Shown here: positions 50,011 to 61,346 of the stretch, in pieces
How positions within the stretch are numbered: position 1 is the first letter of the stretch
Layout: every line of letters begins with the position of its first letter
IMG/VR virus record: IMGVR_UViG_3300020577_004340
Coordinates: 59,976 to 123,975 of that record
Origin: a virus
Lineage: Duplodnaviria > Caudoviricetes
Strand: one strand, 5' to 3'
Length of the DNA stretch: 64,000 nt
Program-made: the position numbers and the translations under genes
Notes under the pieces: model-generated
The model's input: the letters and a program-made list of their open reading frames with translations, nothing else
Database searches by the model: none
Told to the model about the DNA's origin: nothing

Positions 50011-51207
50011 ATGAAAATGATTAATAAGACATATCGTTTTAGATTATTGCCAACAAAAGAACAGGAAGTATTGTTAAATCAACACTTTGGACATTCTCGT
50101 TGGGTGTATAATCATTTTCTAAATGAACGTAAAGAACAGTATCAGAAAGATAAAAAATCTGACAATTACTATAAACAGGCTGCCACACTGACAAAACTTA
50201 AAAAAGAAGAAGAGACAAAGTGGTTGAAAGAAGTTAATAGTCAAACTTTACAATTTGCTTTACGTTCACTTGACACAGCTTTTTTAAACTTCTTTAGAGG
50301 TAATGCACAATTCCCTAAGTTTAAATCAAGAAAACATAAGAACACTTTTACCATTCCTCAATTTGGAACTTTAGCTGACAATAAAATATCAATACCTAAA
50401 TTTAAAGAAGGTATCAAAGTAAAATTACACAGAGAAGTTAAAGGTAAAATTGGTAAGATGAGTATTACCAAAACACCTACTGGTAAATATTATGTTTCAA
50501 TTTTCACAGAACAAGAGGCTGATGAATTGCCAAAAACAAATAGACAAGTGGGTATCGACCTTGGTTTGAAAGATTTTGTTATTACTTCTGATAATAAGAA
50601 ATTTAAGAACAATAGATACACAAAAAAGTATGCTAAACAATTAAAGAAAGCACAACAGCACCTTTCTCGTAAGCAAAAAGGAAGCAATGGTTTTGAAAAA
50701 CAAAAAATCAAAGTTGCCAAGATACACGAGAAAATTGCAAGTTGTAGATTAGATACCTTACATAAAGTCAGCAAAGAACTTGTTGAATCTTATGATTTAA
50801 TAAGTATTGAAGACTTAAACGTTAAAGGTATGATTAAAAACCACAAACTATCTAAACATATTGCAGATGCAAGTTGGGGTAACTTTGTTACACTTCTTCA
50901 ATACAAGTGCGATTGGTACGGAAAGGAACTTGTTAAGGTTAATCGTTTCTATCCTTCGAGCAAGTCGTGTGGAGACTGTGGTTGGATAAATCAAGAATTA
51001 AAACTTTCAGATAGAGAATGGACTTGCAAATCTTGTGGTGTTGTACACGATAGGGATGTAAATGCAAGTAGAAATATCCTAAAAGAAGGTTTAAAAATAT
51101 ATGGTAAGGGACTTGCCATTACAAAGGTGGAGGATAAATCAGACTACTCAGGTAGCACGTCCGTTGAAGCCCGAAGCCCATCCCATCGCTTTAGCGTGGG
51201 TGGGTAG
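50011..51207 (+). CDS. tnpB: TnpB RNA-guided nuclease
   Basis: GIDLG, IEDL, CGDC..CKSC, HDRDVNA. Confidence 0.95.
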   Translation: MKMINKTYRFRLLPTKEQEVLLNQHFGHSRWVYNHFLNERKEQYQKDKKSDNYYKQAATLTKLKKEEETKWLKEVNSQTLQFALRSLDTAFLNFFRGNAQFPKFKSRKHKNTFTIPQFGTLADNKISIPKFKEGIKVKLHREVKGKIGKMSITKTPTGKYYVSIFTEQEADELPKTNRQVGIDLGLKDFVITSDNKKFKNNRYTKKYAKQLKKAQQHLSRKQKGSNGFEKQKIKVAKIHEKIASCRLDTLHKVSKELVESYDLISIEDLNVKGMIKNHKLSKHIADASWGNFVTLLQYKCDWYGKELVKVNRFYPSSKSCGDCGWINQELKLSDREWTCKSCGVVHDRDVNASRNILKEGLKIYGKGLAITKVEDKSDYSGSTSVEARSPSHRFSVGG

Positions 51208-51765
51208 TTCACTTGTGCTGTAAGTATGTATATAAAAAGGTACTTTGATTATGATTATAAAACTCATTGATAATGAGAATTTGGATTTGGTTACTGTAGA
51301 AATTTTCATGAGAAATGATTTAGTTGATTTGATATCTACAGTTCACATAATACCATATTCTAAATTAGTATTGACACAAATATCCGAACACTCGGAAAAA
51401 ACAACAGATGTTGAATTATTAACAGATTTAATTGAAATATTTCATAATATGCAATCTTTTAGGTTTTGGTTGTGGAATGTACATGGTGAAACAGAACATT
51501 TGGGTGAAATTAAAGATTATATTTTAAATTTCATGGAATCTGTTAGGAAAAAATTTAAATTAAAAAAAGTTAGTATAGAATAATGAGTCTTAAGATAAGT
51601 TTACAACAATTAGAATATATGCCATATAAGTCATTTCGAAGATTTTCCAATAAATTTTGGAAACGTTGGAGAAATAAATGGTTGCGCCGAACCCCTAAAG
51701 ATGAAATACCACCTGTTAAAAAATACACAAGTTGGAGATATTAATTTAATTTTATATAAAATAAA

Positions 51766-51797
51766 TTTGGAATATTAATAAAATGTATTTAACTTTG
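51766..51797 (+). promoter_or_regulatory. Bacteroidota sigma70-type promoter
   Basis: TTTG-N20-TAACTTTG. Confidence 0.75.
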
Positions 51798-51829
51798 TAG
51801 AATATTAAAAAATTTAAAATAAATTAAAA

Positions 51830-52243
51830 ATGGTTGATTTAAACGACACAACAAGTCCGGAAGAATTTCCAAGTGTGGACCCAGCTGGTTCAACAGAACA
51901 ACGAATTGAAAGGTTTGCTCACGTATTAACTAGAAGTACTACTCAAATAAAAGCAGACAGAGCTACAGAAATTGCCGAAATGGCTGAAATTGAAACTAAA
52001 CGAAAAGTTGAAGATTTAGAAAGAGAGGTTAAATTACTAGAAAGAAAGAAAAAATCAATGACGGATTTATCGCCTGATAATACATATAGTATTATGAAAG
52101 TCAAAGATTTTGACCCGACAGAGTTCTTAGAAGCATATACAGGTCTTAATATAAAATTAAGAGAGGCTAAAATTCTATTAAATATTGCCAAAGAGACATA
52201 CAACGAATTATTTGGCAAGGTTTATGAATTAATTAACATTTAA
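51830..52243 (+). CDS. Coiled-coil hypothetical protein
   Basis: Charged helical sequence; first gene of the vWA-PurA operon. Confidence 0.6.
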   Translation: MVDLNDTTSPEEFPSVDPAGSTEQRIERFAHVLTRSTTQIKADRATEIAEMAEIETKRKVEDLEREVKLLERKKKSMTDLSPDNTYSIMKVKDFDPTEFLEAYTGLNIKLREAKILLNIAKETYNELFGKVYELINI

Positions 52244-52253
52244 AAAATTAAAA

Positions 52254-53195
52254 ATGGGAAGTGATCTTTATAATGTATCCGCAAGAGTTCTTCGTTCTGC
52301 GACTAGTGGATACCATACTGTGACCAAGAGTACTACAGACCACGTATTCACTCAAAACAGAGAACGGAAATCCCACTCGGAGATGAATCCAAGAAATATG
52401 AAGGGTGGCATTCGTGAATCAAGAGATTCGATAAACCATCCTAAAAGCATACCAGTACAATTATATTTGGATGTAACTGGTTCAATGATGGATATTCCAG
52501 TATTATTCTTGAAAGATGGGTTGCCTACTTTATTTACTAAATTATTAAATAAAAAAATCGACGATGTATCATTGATGTTTGGTGCCATTGGAGACCATGA
52601 ATGTGATTCGTGCCCATTACAAGTTGGACAATTCGAATCTGGTGACGTTGAATTGGATATGTGGTTGACACGAACTTTTCTTGAAAAAGGTGGCGGTGGT
52701 AATAATGGAGAAAGTTATGGGTTAGCATGGTTTATGGCAAATAATTTCATTAGAACTGATGCCAAAGATAAACGCCAACAAAAGGGGTTTGTGTTTACTA
52801 TCGGCGATGAACCTGTATTACACAATTATCCATTGCATGCTTTACGAGAAATATTCGGCCCAAACAATGTTAAAGCTAAACAAGGAAATATGCCTTATAC
52901 ATTTACGGCAAAAGAATTGTATGAGGAATGTTGTAAAAACAACCATGTATATCATTTTCATGTAAATCATAATAATTATTCTGAGACGAATTTGAGTAGT
53001 ATAATGGGACAAAATTGTATTTTCGTAAATGATTTCAATACAATACCAGACCTTATCGCTGATATCATTTTGAAACACACTGGTGCTGCTGTACAACCAA
53101 CAAGTGACATTGAAATCGTTAAGGTAGATACTAAAGAAGAGCCTACTCCTACAAAAACACAAGATTCAACAGTATCTAATCCTATAATGTTATAA
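52254..53195 (+). CDS. vWA-domain protein
   Basis: MIDAS-like LDVTGSM, GGGGNNGESY, FTIGDE. Confidence 0.8.
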   Translation: MGSDLYNVSARVLRSATSGYHTVTKSTTDHVFTQNRERKSHSEMNPRNMKGGIRESRDSINHPKSIPVQLYLDVTGSMMDIPVLFLKDGLPTLFTKLLNKKIDDVSLMFGAIGDHECDSCPLQVGQFESGDVELDMWLTRTFLEKGGGGNNGESYGLAWFMANNFIRTDAKDKRQQKGFVFTIGDEPVLHNYPLHALREIFGPNNVKAKQGNMPYTFTAKELYEECCKNNHVYHFHVNHNNYSETNLSSIMGQNCIFVNDFNTIPDLIADIILKHTGAAVQPTSDIEIVKVDTKEEPTPTKTQDSTVSNPIML

Positions 53196-53197
53196 TT

Positions 53198-54301
53198 ATG
53201 CATACTCGGACAACAACAGCCGTAATTGATTTAGGCTTCGGAGATTCTGGTAAGGGAATTACCACTTCATATTTGTGTTCCAAACACGATCCGAAAAATA
53301 CCATTGTAGTTAAAAGTAATGGTGGGCAACAGTCTGGACATACGGTTGTTGTTGACGGGTTTAGACATATATTTTCACAATTTGGGTCAGGCACATTGCA
53401 AGGTTTTCCAACATATATAAGTAAATTTTGTACTGTATCTCCTCCTGCTATGTTAAAGGAATATGAATTGATTGAACAATTTAATCCAATAGTATTCTAT
53501 GACCCATTAGCGATGTTAACTACTCCATTTGATATTGAATTTAATATTCAGAGAAACAATATAACTAATCATGGTACTGTTGGCGTTGGATTCGGCCAAA
53601 CAATTCAAAGAAATGAAGACTATTATCATTTAACTTTAATGGATATTGAATTTGAAAATATCTTCAAAGAAAAAATGAAAAATATTGGGTTGAAATATTA
53701 TCAATTGCCGATGGAATATATTGTACCGGTAATAGATGAATATTATGAAGCTTGTCAAACCTTATTTAGTAAAAATATTTTACAGAAAAAATACTGGCAT
53801 GAAATTTACCCCAATTATAATATAATATTCGAATCTTCCCAAGGTATAATGTTAGACCAACACCATGGAATATTCCCCCATGTAACCCGCAGTAATACAA
53901 CTACCAAGAACATGTTAGAATTGTTACCGGATTTATCGGAAGTAACATATGTTATGCGTACATATCAGACTAGGCACGGCAATGGATTCATGACAAATCG
54001 GACAACTTCCCTAGAATTAGATTATACAAATGGCCCGGAAACCAATAAGTACAATGAATTTCAAAGAGAATTCCGTATAACTAAATTGGATATTGATTTA
54101 ATATGTTATGCTTTATTGTGTGATTTGACATATAATTCCCATTTACCTATTAAACGCAATTTAATGGTTACATGTGTTGACCAACATCCTATTGATTTTG
54201 ATTGGTTATTAACAACTATTCAGATTAAAACTGGTATAACATTTAATAAAGTTACAGCATCATACGGACAATCGTATAAAACTATTGAAATTGTGAAATA
54301 A
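53198..54301 (+). CDS. Adenylosuccinate synthetase-like protein (divergent)
   Basis: DLGFGDSGKG, GGQQSGHTV, GTVGVG, ESSQGIMLD, PHVTRSNT, TRHGNG. Confidence 0.85.
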   Translation: MHTRTTTAVIDLGFGDSGKGITTSYLCSKHDPKNTIVVKSNGGQQSGHTVVVDGFRHIFSQFGSGTLQGFPTYISKFCTVSPPAMLKEYELIEQFNPIVFYDPLAMLTTPFDIEFNIQRNNITNHGTVGVGFGQTIQRNEDYYHLTLMDIEFENIFKEKMKNIGLKYYQLPMEYIVPVIDEYYEACQTLFSKNILQKKYWHEIYPNYNIIFESSQGIMLDQHHGIFPHVTRSNTTTKNMLELLPDLSEVTYVMRTYQTRHGNGFMTNRTTSLELDYTNGPETNKYNEFQREFRITKLDIDLICYALLCDLTYNSHLPIKRNLMVTCVDQHPIDFDWLLTTIQIKTGITFNKVTASYGQSYKTIEIVK

Positions 54302-54315
54302 TAATAGTATCTTTG
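54284..54315 (+). promoter_or_regulatory. Bacteroidota-type promoter, possibly producing a near-leaderless denV mRNA
   Basis: ATTG-N20-TATCTTTG, 4 nt before ATG 54320. Confidence 0.55.
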
Positions 54316-54319
54316 TGTT

Positions 54320-54760
54320 ATGACTAGAATTAATATCATTCCACCTAGACAATTAATGGATCAACATTTAATTGCGGAATACAGAGAAATTAGATTATTA
54401 ACTGCAAATTTGCAGAGAACATTGGAGTCTAAAAAAGGATTTCAAGAAAAAAAAGTTCCAAAAAACTATAAATTGGATACTGGACATGTATATTTCTTTT
54501 TTCCAAAAGGAAAATATATCCATAAACGATATGAAGAAATACGAAAAGAAATGACAAATAGAGGTTTTGCCAATGAATTAGAATTTGAACGGGACAAGTG
54601 GCCTGATTTCTTATACAATGATTGGGTTCCTGAACTTACTGATTATTCAGTTATACACGAACGTATCCAGGAGCGTATTAATGCAAAGCCTCATTTTTAT
54701 AAATATTACGGTAAAAATATTAATAGAATTTATTATGAACCAACAAATAGCGATATTTAA
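54320..54760 (+). CDS. denV: Pyrimidine-dimer DNA glycosylase (T4 endonuclease V-like)
   Basis: MTRIN....L.DQHLIAEYREI, LDTGHV.FF, EM..RG. Confidence 0.92.
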   Translation: MTRINIIPPRQLMDQHLIAEYREIRLLTANLQRTLESKKGFQEKKVPKNYKLDTGHVYFFFPKGKYIHKRYEEIRKEMTNRGFANELEFERDKWPDFLYNDWVPELTDYSVIHERIQERINAKPHFYKYYGKNINRIYYEPTNSDI

Positions 54761-55148
54761 GTTAAATAATGGAAATGGGGCACTACTTTGTTCCAATTGT
54801 AGCGTTATTATTAAGACTGGTAGAGAATTTGATATAATTGAAATGGCGGCAATGCGTGGTGAAATTAATATGTTCCCACAATATTGTTCCAAATGTATTG
54901 ACTTAGTCAATGAGGCTAAAATGTATGCTAAAATAGATCCAGACGTTAACGTTAATTCATATGAAGAACGCTATTATAATAATAATGTGGACAAATATGA
55001 TGCATACATTGCAGGAGCGAATTCCGAGTTTGTGTATAAACAACAATTACATTCTCAAATTCAAATTTTAGAATATATTTTACTAAATAATAAGAACTCA
55101 AAAGATAATATACGAAATTTAATTAAAGAATTACAGAAAAATATTTAA
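54735..55148 (+). CDS. Zinc-ribbon hypothetical protein
   Basis: FKLNNGNGALLCSNC...YCSKC; likely start ATG 54735. Confidence 0.55.
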   Translation: MNQQIAIFKLNNGNGALLCSNCSVIIKTGREFDIIEMAAMRGEINMFPQYCSKCIDLVNEAKMYAKIDPDVNVNSYEERYYNNNVDKYDAYIAGANSEFVYKQQLHSQIQILEYILLNNKNSKDNIRNLIKELQKNI

Positions 55149-55208
55149 AATTTTTTGGAATTCTTAAATATATTACTTAACTTTATAATATTATTTAAAA
55201 AAAATAAA

Positions 55209-55427
55209 ATGGCAAATAGTGTAAAAATATGCAGTTGGTGTTACGGTGAATTTTCTCCCGATTACAGAAATGTAGCTAGAGGTTGGGGTAAAGCATGTTC
55301 TAAAAAATGTGCTGCAAGCTTGCGTGAACAAAATAAAAAAGCTTTAATAAATAATCCCCCGAAAAATGTAGATGTGATAACACCCATAATTATGACACAA
55401 AAAAGCATACCGGTTTGGTTACTATAA
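55209..55427 (+). CDS. Small zinc-binding protein
   Basis: CSWC...RGWGKACSKKC; likely start ATG 55209 after a promoter at 55154-55185. Confidence 0.55.
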   Translation: MANSVKICSWCYGEFSPDYRNVARGWGKACSKKCAASLREQNKKALINNPPKNVDVITPIIMTQKSIPVWLL

Positions 55428-58084
55428 TAAATTTAAATTACACGTGAATAAACAAATTATTGAAAATGCGTTGGATTATTACCGTGATGGGTTGATGCAT
55501 AAATTAAAAATAGCCCAAACCAACAATCATCAAATTGAAATTAAAATTTTAACCCACCAGTTGTCAGAAGTTAACAGTGAATTGAAAAAGATGAATAGTA
55601 TATTTTTACATAAAAATTCATAAACATGGATAATAAATTTAAATTAACAAATGTTGTATTATATGCGAAAGGGTGGTATTTACGTACAAATGATATTTGG
55701 GCGGATTTAACAAAAATATTGGAATTGGATGGTTACAGCCCACAAAATAAATGGGATATATATAATATCATATTAAAGTCTGTCGAAATATTACCAGACC
55801 ATATACAATGGAAAAAGATTAGTTCTTATCCATTATCCTGATTGTCAAAAATGTTTAAAACGAGATAGTTTATGGAAGCAAAACTGATTAAATTAGAACA
55901 AGGATATATTCTTGTGTCCAAAGAACAACCTGTAGATGGTGATTTTTCTATGCATCCAAATGGAACTATTGGTATTATAGAAACAGCTCTTGCTATTGCT
56001 ATTTTTAAAGAGACTGATGAAGGTTCTTACGTAGAAGATTGTAAAAAAATAATAGCATCTACATTTATATCTGAATTACCGGGTGTAGATTTTAATGGGT
56101 TTGAAGAGGAATTCGGTATAGTTTCATATCATAAGTTATATAATGAAGATATAAAAAAATACAACATTTCGTATTCATCTAATAATTCAGATACTTATTT
56201 AGGATTTAATTTAGGATTCGATAAGTGTTTGGAACTCGATAAAGATAAGTTATACACTTTGCAAGATTTAAAAGATGCTTTTGAATCAGGTGAACATTAC
56301 GGTAGAACGTGGTCCGAATTTTATAATACTGATTCAGTTTCAAGAGACTTGGCGGAAAGAGTGGAAGATTTTAATGGTTTTATTCAATTATTACAACCTA
56401 AAACAGAATGGGATGTAGAAGTGGAGATGACTAATTGGTTTGAAAACGACTATACAATTATAATGAAATTAAACTAATCAATATTAAAACTATTTAATAT
56501 GCGAATTCAAATTGATTTGTTGGACGAACCAGAAAGTTATGACTTACAATTATTAGCAATAAATGAATATATTAAACGTAATACAATTAGTAGACAGGAC
56601 TATAATTTTCTCGGAGGATTAAAAAAGAAAAATGAGTTATGTTTATTTTCCAAAATTGTAATAAATGAAACTTTTAAAAACACAAGTGTAATTATCACTC
56701 CAAAGGATACCTGGAGGAAATTCTACGTTTCATGTAAACGAACAAATACAATGTATAAATTTAATATTAGAAACGCAAATTAAAATAATTATGTCATTAA
56801 CAATAACTAATATAAATCCAACACAAATTTGTAGTGTTAAAAAACTATTCAAAAAAGAATATAATAACATTAAATGGGAACCGGCTAGCAGAGGATGGTT
56901 AGGTCTTTTTAATCAAAAAGAAGGGTTTTATGATAAATGGCATGACATGTTTTGGGAAACTGAAGAAAATTTATTAAAATTTCTAGCTGATGATAATAAC
57001 ACTGAAGTTTTTATAGAAAATAAACAACTATTTGTATATCCAACATTGAAAATTTCAATGTCCAACAAAGATGTGTTTTATGTAACATTTAAAACAGATG
57101 AAGAGTTGATTAAATATACAGACGAATTTGTTAATAAATATTCATTTATTGAGAATTTCGATTAAAAGTATAAATATGATTGACTATCAAACTCTAACTA
57201 CATATAAAAACGACCCATTTTATCGAGATGACTATTTAAAAAAAGCATTTGGTGTAAGTATAATGGAATACAATGAAGAATATCGACAAAAATTGTGGGA
57301 GTTTTATTTTGTAGTTAGATATCTAGCTGAAAATAGTATTAATTTAGAATTCAATCAACCATAAATATTAACTTTATATGACTGCAGATGAATTAAGCAT
57401 TGGAAAAAAAGTTACATACATTCCGAAATTTTGGTTTTGGTCGTACAATAACAGAGAGCTTGGAATCGTGACTAGTTGGAATGATAAATATGTATTTGTA
57501 GATTATGTTGGTAATGGTAGAGGAGTTGCCACTAGATTAGAAGATTTAGTAGCTGGAGATCAGACATTTTATTGTGCGGATGAACATAATAGTGTAATGG
57601 ATGGTGCTTTTGGTAGATGCCCAAATCAATGTTCTAATTGTCGTTTGGAGCGTACTCGTAAATATTAATAAAAATATGTTAAGTATAAAAGAATTAAGAC
57701 AATTTAATATTGTCCAATGTAATGGCGTACAGTTTTACATATATTCACTTCAAGGCGAACAGCCTAGATTAGGTGTTTTTAATAATACCGCAGTGGTTAC
57801 ATTATTAAATTTCGGAATGATGGATGTATCTATTGATAAAATAGAAGGGATTGATCTTAATTCTGAATGGTTAAAATCATTTGGATTTACCAATAATTTT
57901 GGACTATATACTTTTAACAAAGACTGCCTAGAAATAACATGTCAACCAGGCTATCCCATTACTACACGATTTAAAGAAGAATGGGGAGCAAAAACGCACT
58001 TAATTCCAATTAAACTTGAATATGTACACCAATTACAAAATTTATATTTCGCATTACACAACAAAGAATTAAAAAAAATAACAC

Positions 58085-58381
58085 ATGAATAATATAATGT
58101 TGGACATTGAGACTCTAGGTAATGTGAGTTACTCAAGCATACTTAGCATCGGGGCAGTTAAATTTGACATAAACACCGGAGAGACAGGTGATACATTTTA
58201 TGTGACTGTTGATTTACAGAGTTGTCTAGATGCTGGGTTAATTATAACAGCATCAACATTCAATTGGTGGTTGGAAAAAGATGATGCTGCAAGAAATTCA
58301 TTATTAAATTCACTTAAAGCGCCATTGGCTGATGCATTATCGTTATTCAATGAATATTGCACTAAATATTATGATATATGA
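58085..58381 (+). pseudogene. Truncated DEDD 3'-5' exonuclease (DUF5051-like)
   Basis: IMLDIETLG, ILSIGAVKF, WW present; stops at 98 aa before the ExoII/ExoIII motifs. Confidence 0.6.
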
Positions 58382-58786
58382 GTAAATTCGTAACATTTCA
58401 ACAGGCTAAAATATTTTTCGAAAAGGGGTATAATACAACTGAACAAGGGTATTATGTTCCAATGTATGATATTGATGGAAATAGAATAAAAGAAAAATTG
58501 GGATACCAAAAACAACCCGGTGAGTTATTCGATAATGGATTTATTTTATGCCCCACCCAATCAGAGATAAATGATTGGTTATTTGAAACACATCATATCT
58601 TTATATCACTGATTTACGACTATGTTTTATTTGACATAACAATTTGTTATATAGGATATTATAACCCGGACTATATCAAAATACCAGGTTCATTGTGTAA
58701 TGATGAAAACTTTTTTACTACCCCGCAACAAGCATACTCATTTGCATTCGACTATATTTTAAATAAGTTAATATAATAGATATTAA

Positions 58787-59560
58787 ATGATGGAAGAGAA
58801 ATCTAATCAAGAGTTTAAATTCAAAAATAGACAATTGGGGGCTGCTGGATTTGTAAGCGGCAAGGTACTGGATGAAATATTTGATAAAGTGAAAAGAACT
58901 GAATTATACAATTCAATTTATTCACTTGTAAAACAAATACCAAGAAAGAATGTTGCAGAAGAAGATTATATTGACTTTAAGAAAACAAAAAAAGTAGCAA
59001 AACAAAAAGAAATAGGGTATAAATCAAAAACGCAAACTGAGAAAAACATTGCTTGGTTTTTACCACGACCAAAAAAAGATAGATACAAAGGTGGTAAACC
59101 TTTATACTGTGAAGAATGGCTCATTGACTTAGCAAAAGATATTTTAGGCAAAAAACCTAATTTATTAAACCTTTTTTGTGGAATGAACAAGTATGGTTTT
59201 AGGATTGATGTAAATGAAAAAGTAAAGCCAGATTTATTGTGTGATGCACATTCATTTGCTGATAAATTAGAAGGCAAAACCTTTAATCTGATAATAGCAG
59301 ACCCGCCATATTCAACAGAAGAAGCAAGAGATATTTATGGAACGCCACCATTGAAGTATAAAAAATGGACTGCTGAATGTGATAAAGTTTTGGAAGAAGG
59401 CGGTTTGCTTATGGTTTATCATAAATATGTTATGCCTAATCCTAACCCTGAAAAATACATTGTTGTAAAAAGGGTTTTTATAGGTAACAGAACAATGCAC
59501 TTGCCTCGTGTTTGCATAGTCTTTCAAAAGAAGCAGAAGCACATATTCAGTCAGATGTGA
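58787..59560 (+). CDS. Amino-type DNA methyltransferase-like protein
   Basis: LNLFCG, RIDVN, IIADPPY. Confidence 0.7.
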   Translation: MMEEKSNQEFKFKNRQLGAAGFVSGKVLDEIFDKVKRTELYNSIYSLVKQIPRKNVAEEDYIDFKKTKKVAKQKEIGYKSKTQTEKNIAWFLPRPKKDRYKGGKPLYCEEWLIDLAKDILGKKPNLLNLFCGMNKYGFRIDVNEKVKPDLLCDAHSFADKLEGKTFNLIIADPPYSTEEARDIYGTPPLKYKKWTAECDKVLEEGGLLMVYHKYVMPNPNPEKYIVVKRVFIGNRTMHLPRVCIVFQKKQKHIFSQM

Positions 59561-59634
59561 ACACAAGATACGCAAACGACCAAAAGAAAATTGTCAAACG
59601 TGAATATATTATTAGGTAGTGTCTTTGCCATTGC

Positions 59635-59774
59635 CTATAACGGTTCGCAGGTATATTTAGTTGCGGACTTAGAATTACAAAACTTTAAATTTAGAAAAAA
59701 TGAAATTAGAAAACGAAAACTTGAATGAAGCAGAAAACCCGCAATTGAATATACCTGCTGTTAGTTGCAGTGTT
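59635..59774. repeat. attC-like imperfect inverted repeat
   Basis: CTATAAC..GCAGGTATATTTAGTTGCGG / CCGCAATTGAATATACCTGC..GTTAGTT (18/20 complementary arms). Confidence 0.7.
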
Positions 59775-60056
59775 GTTCATTGTAAGAAAGCACCTTATGA
59801 TGTTTATGTTGGGAGACCAAGTAAGTGGGGTAATCCATTCACACATTTGAAAGATGGTAAAACACTTGCGAAATATATTGTAGGAAGTAGAGATGAAGCA
59901 GTTGAGGCATATCGTGAATGGATTACAAATGGTGATGGTAAACATTTGATGAAAGATTTACCTGAACTTAAAAATAAGGTGATTGCTTGTTGGTGTAAGC
60001 CACAATCTTGTCACGGAGATGTTCTTTCGGAGTTGGTCACTAAACATTGCAACTAA
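59700..60056 (+). CDS. DUF4326-family protein
   Basis: DVYVGRPSKWGNPF, R.EAVEAY, IACWCKPQSCHGDVL. Confidence 0.85.
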   Translation: MKLENENLNEAENPQLNIPAVSCSVVHCKKAPYDVYVGRPSKWGNPFTHLKDGKTLAKYIVGSRDEAVEAYREWITNGDGKHLMKDLPELKNKVIACWCKPQSCHGDVLSELVTKHCN

Positions 60057-60309
60057 CTACAAGATAACCGCAGTTCAATATTTTGAACCAATAACAATAC
60101 TATGAATATCAACGAATTACAAAATATTATTGGAGAGTCAATTGAGAAAAATAGATTTCAAATAATTACAAATGAAAGTAGAAAGTACAAATGTACAGCC
60201 TAGTACTAAAGCCCCACTTTTGCCAAACCCTTGTTGTACGCTGTTTTTGTTTAGTAGTCAGCACTTTATGAACTATTTTAAAAATATTTTAATTATTTCT
60301 TTGAAAAAG

Positions 60310-60340
60310 TTTGCAGTTTCAAATAAAAGTATTATCTTTG
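60310..60340 (+). promoter_or_regulatory. Bacteroidota sigma70-type promoter
   Basis: TTTG-N19-TATCTTTG. Confidence 0.7.
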
Positions 60341-61314
60341 TAGTGTCAATAAGGCAAAACAAATTAAAATATAAAAAAATGTCAAATTTCTTTATTGAAC
60401 AAAACTAACACACATTAAACCAACTAAAAAATCAGCTCTACAACTTCATGCCATAGCTTGTTGGGGTGAAAATTTAATATAATACAATAATAAATTATGG
60501 AAAAGAGATATTTTATACCTAATATGGAATGTTATAAACAAGTACTCGATGGACAACTTTCTATGATATGCCTAGGAATACTGGAAATGGTAGATGGGAA
60601 TTATATTCCTAATATTATAAGAGTAAAGAAATATAATTCAACCGACGTTTATGAGTTTCATATAAATTTACACTTTTTAACGGAAGTAGTGAAAAATGAA
60701 TTTGATACATTTAAGATAATACAATAATAAATTATGGAATTGTACGAGATTATTAAAATTTGGATATTAACTTTATTGTTAACATTTATAATTATGTCTA
60801 TTATAAAGCGTATAACAGATTGTATCAAGAAATAAACGATATATATTAATGAAATTAAAGAATATAAAATATTTTATTGGTTATGTTCCAGGTGTTCCAG
60901 GTACGACTACATTACAGTCCAACTCGGATAATAATTTACATAAAATAGATTCATCAATTTCCGGTGCCATTAAACATAAATTAAATGAAGACTCCCAAGA
61001 ACTTTATACACTGAGAGATACGGCAGCAGCATATGATTACAATAAACCTTTTTATTATAAATTTGCAAAGAATCACAAAAAGAAAAGGTAATGAAAATTA
61101 ACATAATAGCCACAATTGAAGAGGAGTATTTACTTAGAAAAGAAAGAAATTTATTACCTTATATTATGTTTTATGCTGATGTTGTGTTACCTAATAAGAT
61201 ACCCACTATTGAAATGGATGACCATACTATGAATGTGAATTTCAAATTTGTAAATTTTAATTTAAATATCAATCCAAATAATTCTATTATTTTAGAATAA
61301 TTTTTACAAATAAA

Positions 61315-61346
61315 TTTGGATAATTGAAACAATACATTTAACTTTG
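61315..61346 (+). promoter_or_regulatory. Bacteroidota sigma70-type promoter
   Basis: TTTG-N20-TAACTTTG. Confidence 0.75.

Larger units (their letters stand above)
49445..51212 (+). mobile_element. IS605-group element (divergent tnpA and tnpB)
   Basis: Same end motifs as 35758-37071; preceded by TTTAT; ends in TTCAC. Confidence 0.9.

Noticed and set aside
53198-54301. PurZ (2-aminoadenine Z-genome pathway)
   Set aside because: Catalytic Asp retained (GDSGKG rather than the GSTGKG type); no DatZ- or MazZ-like neighbours recognised; vWA context instead
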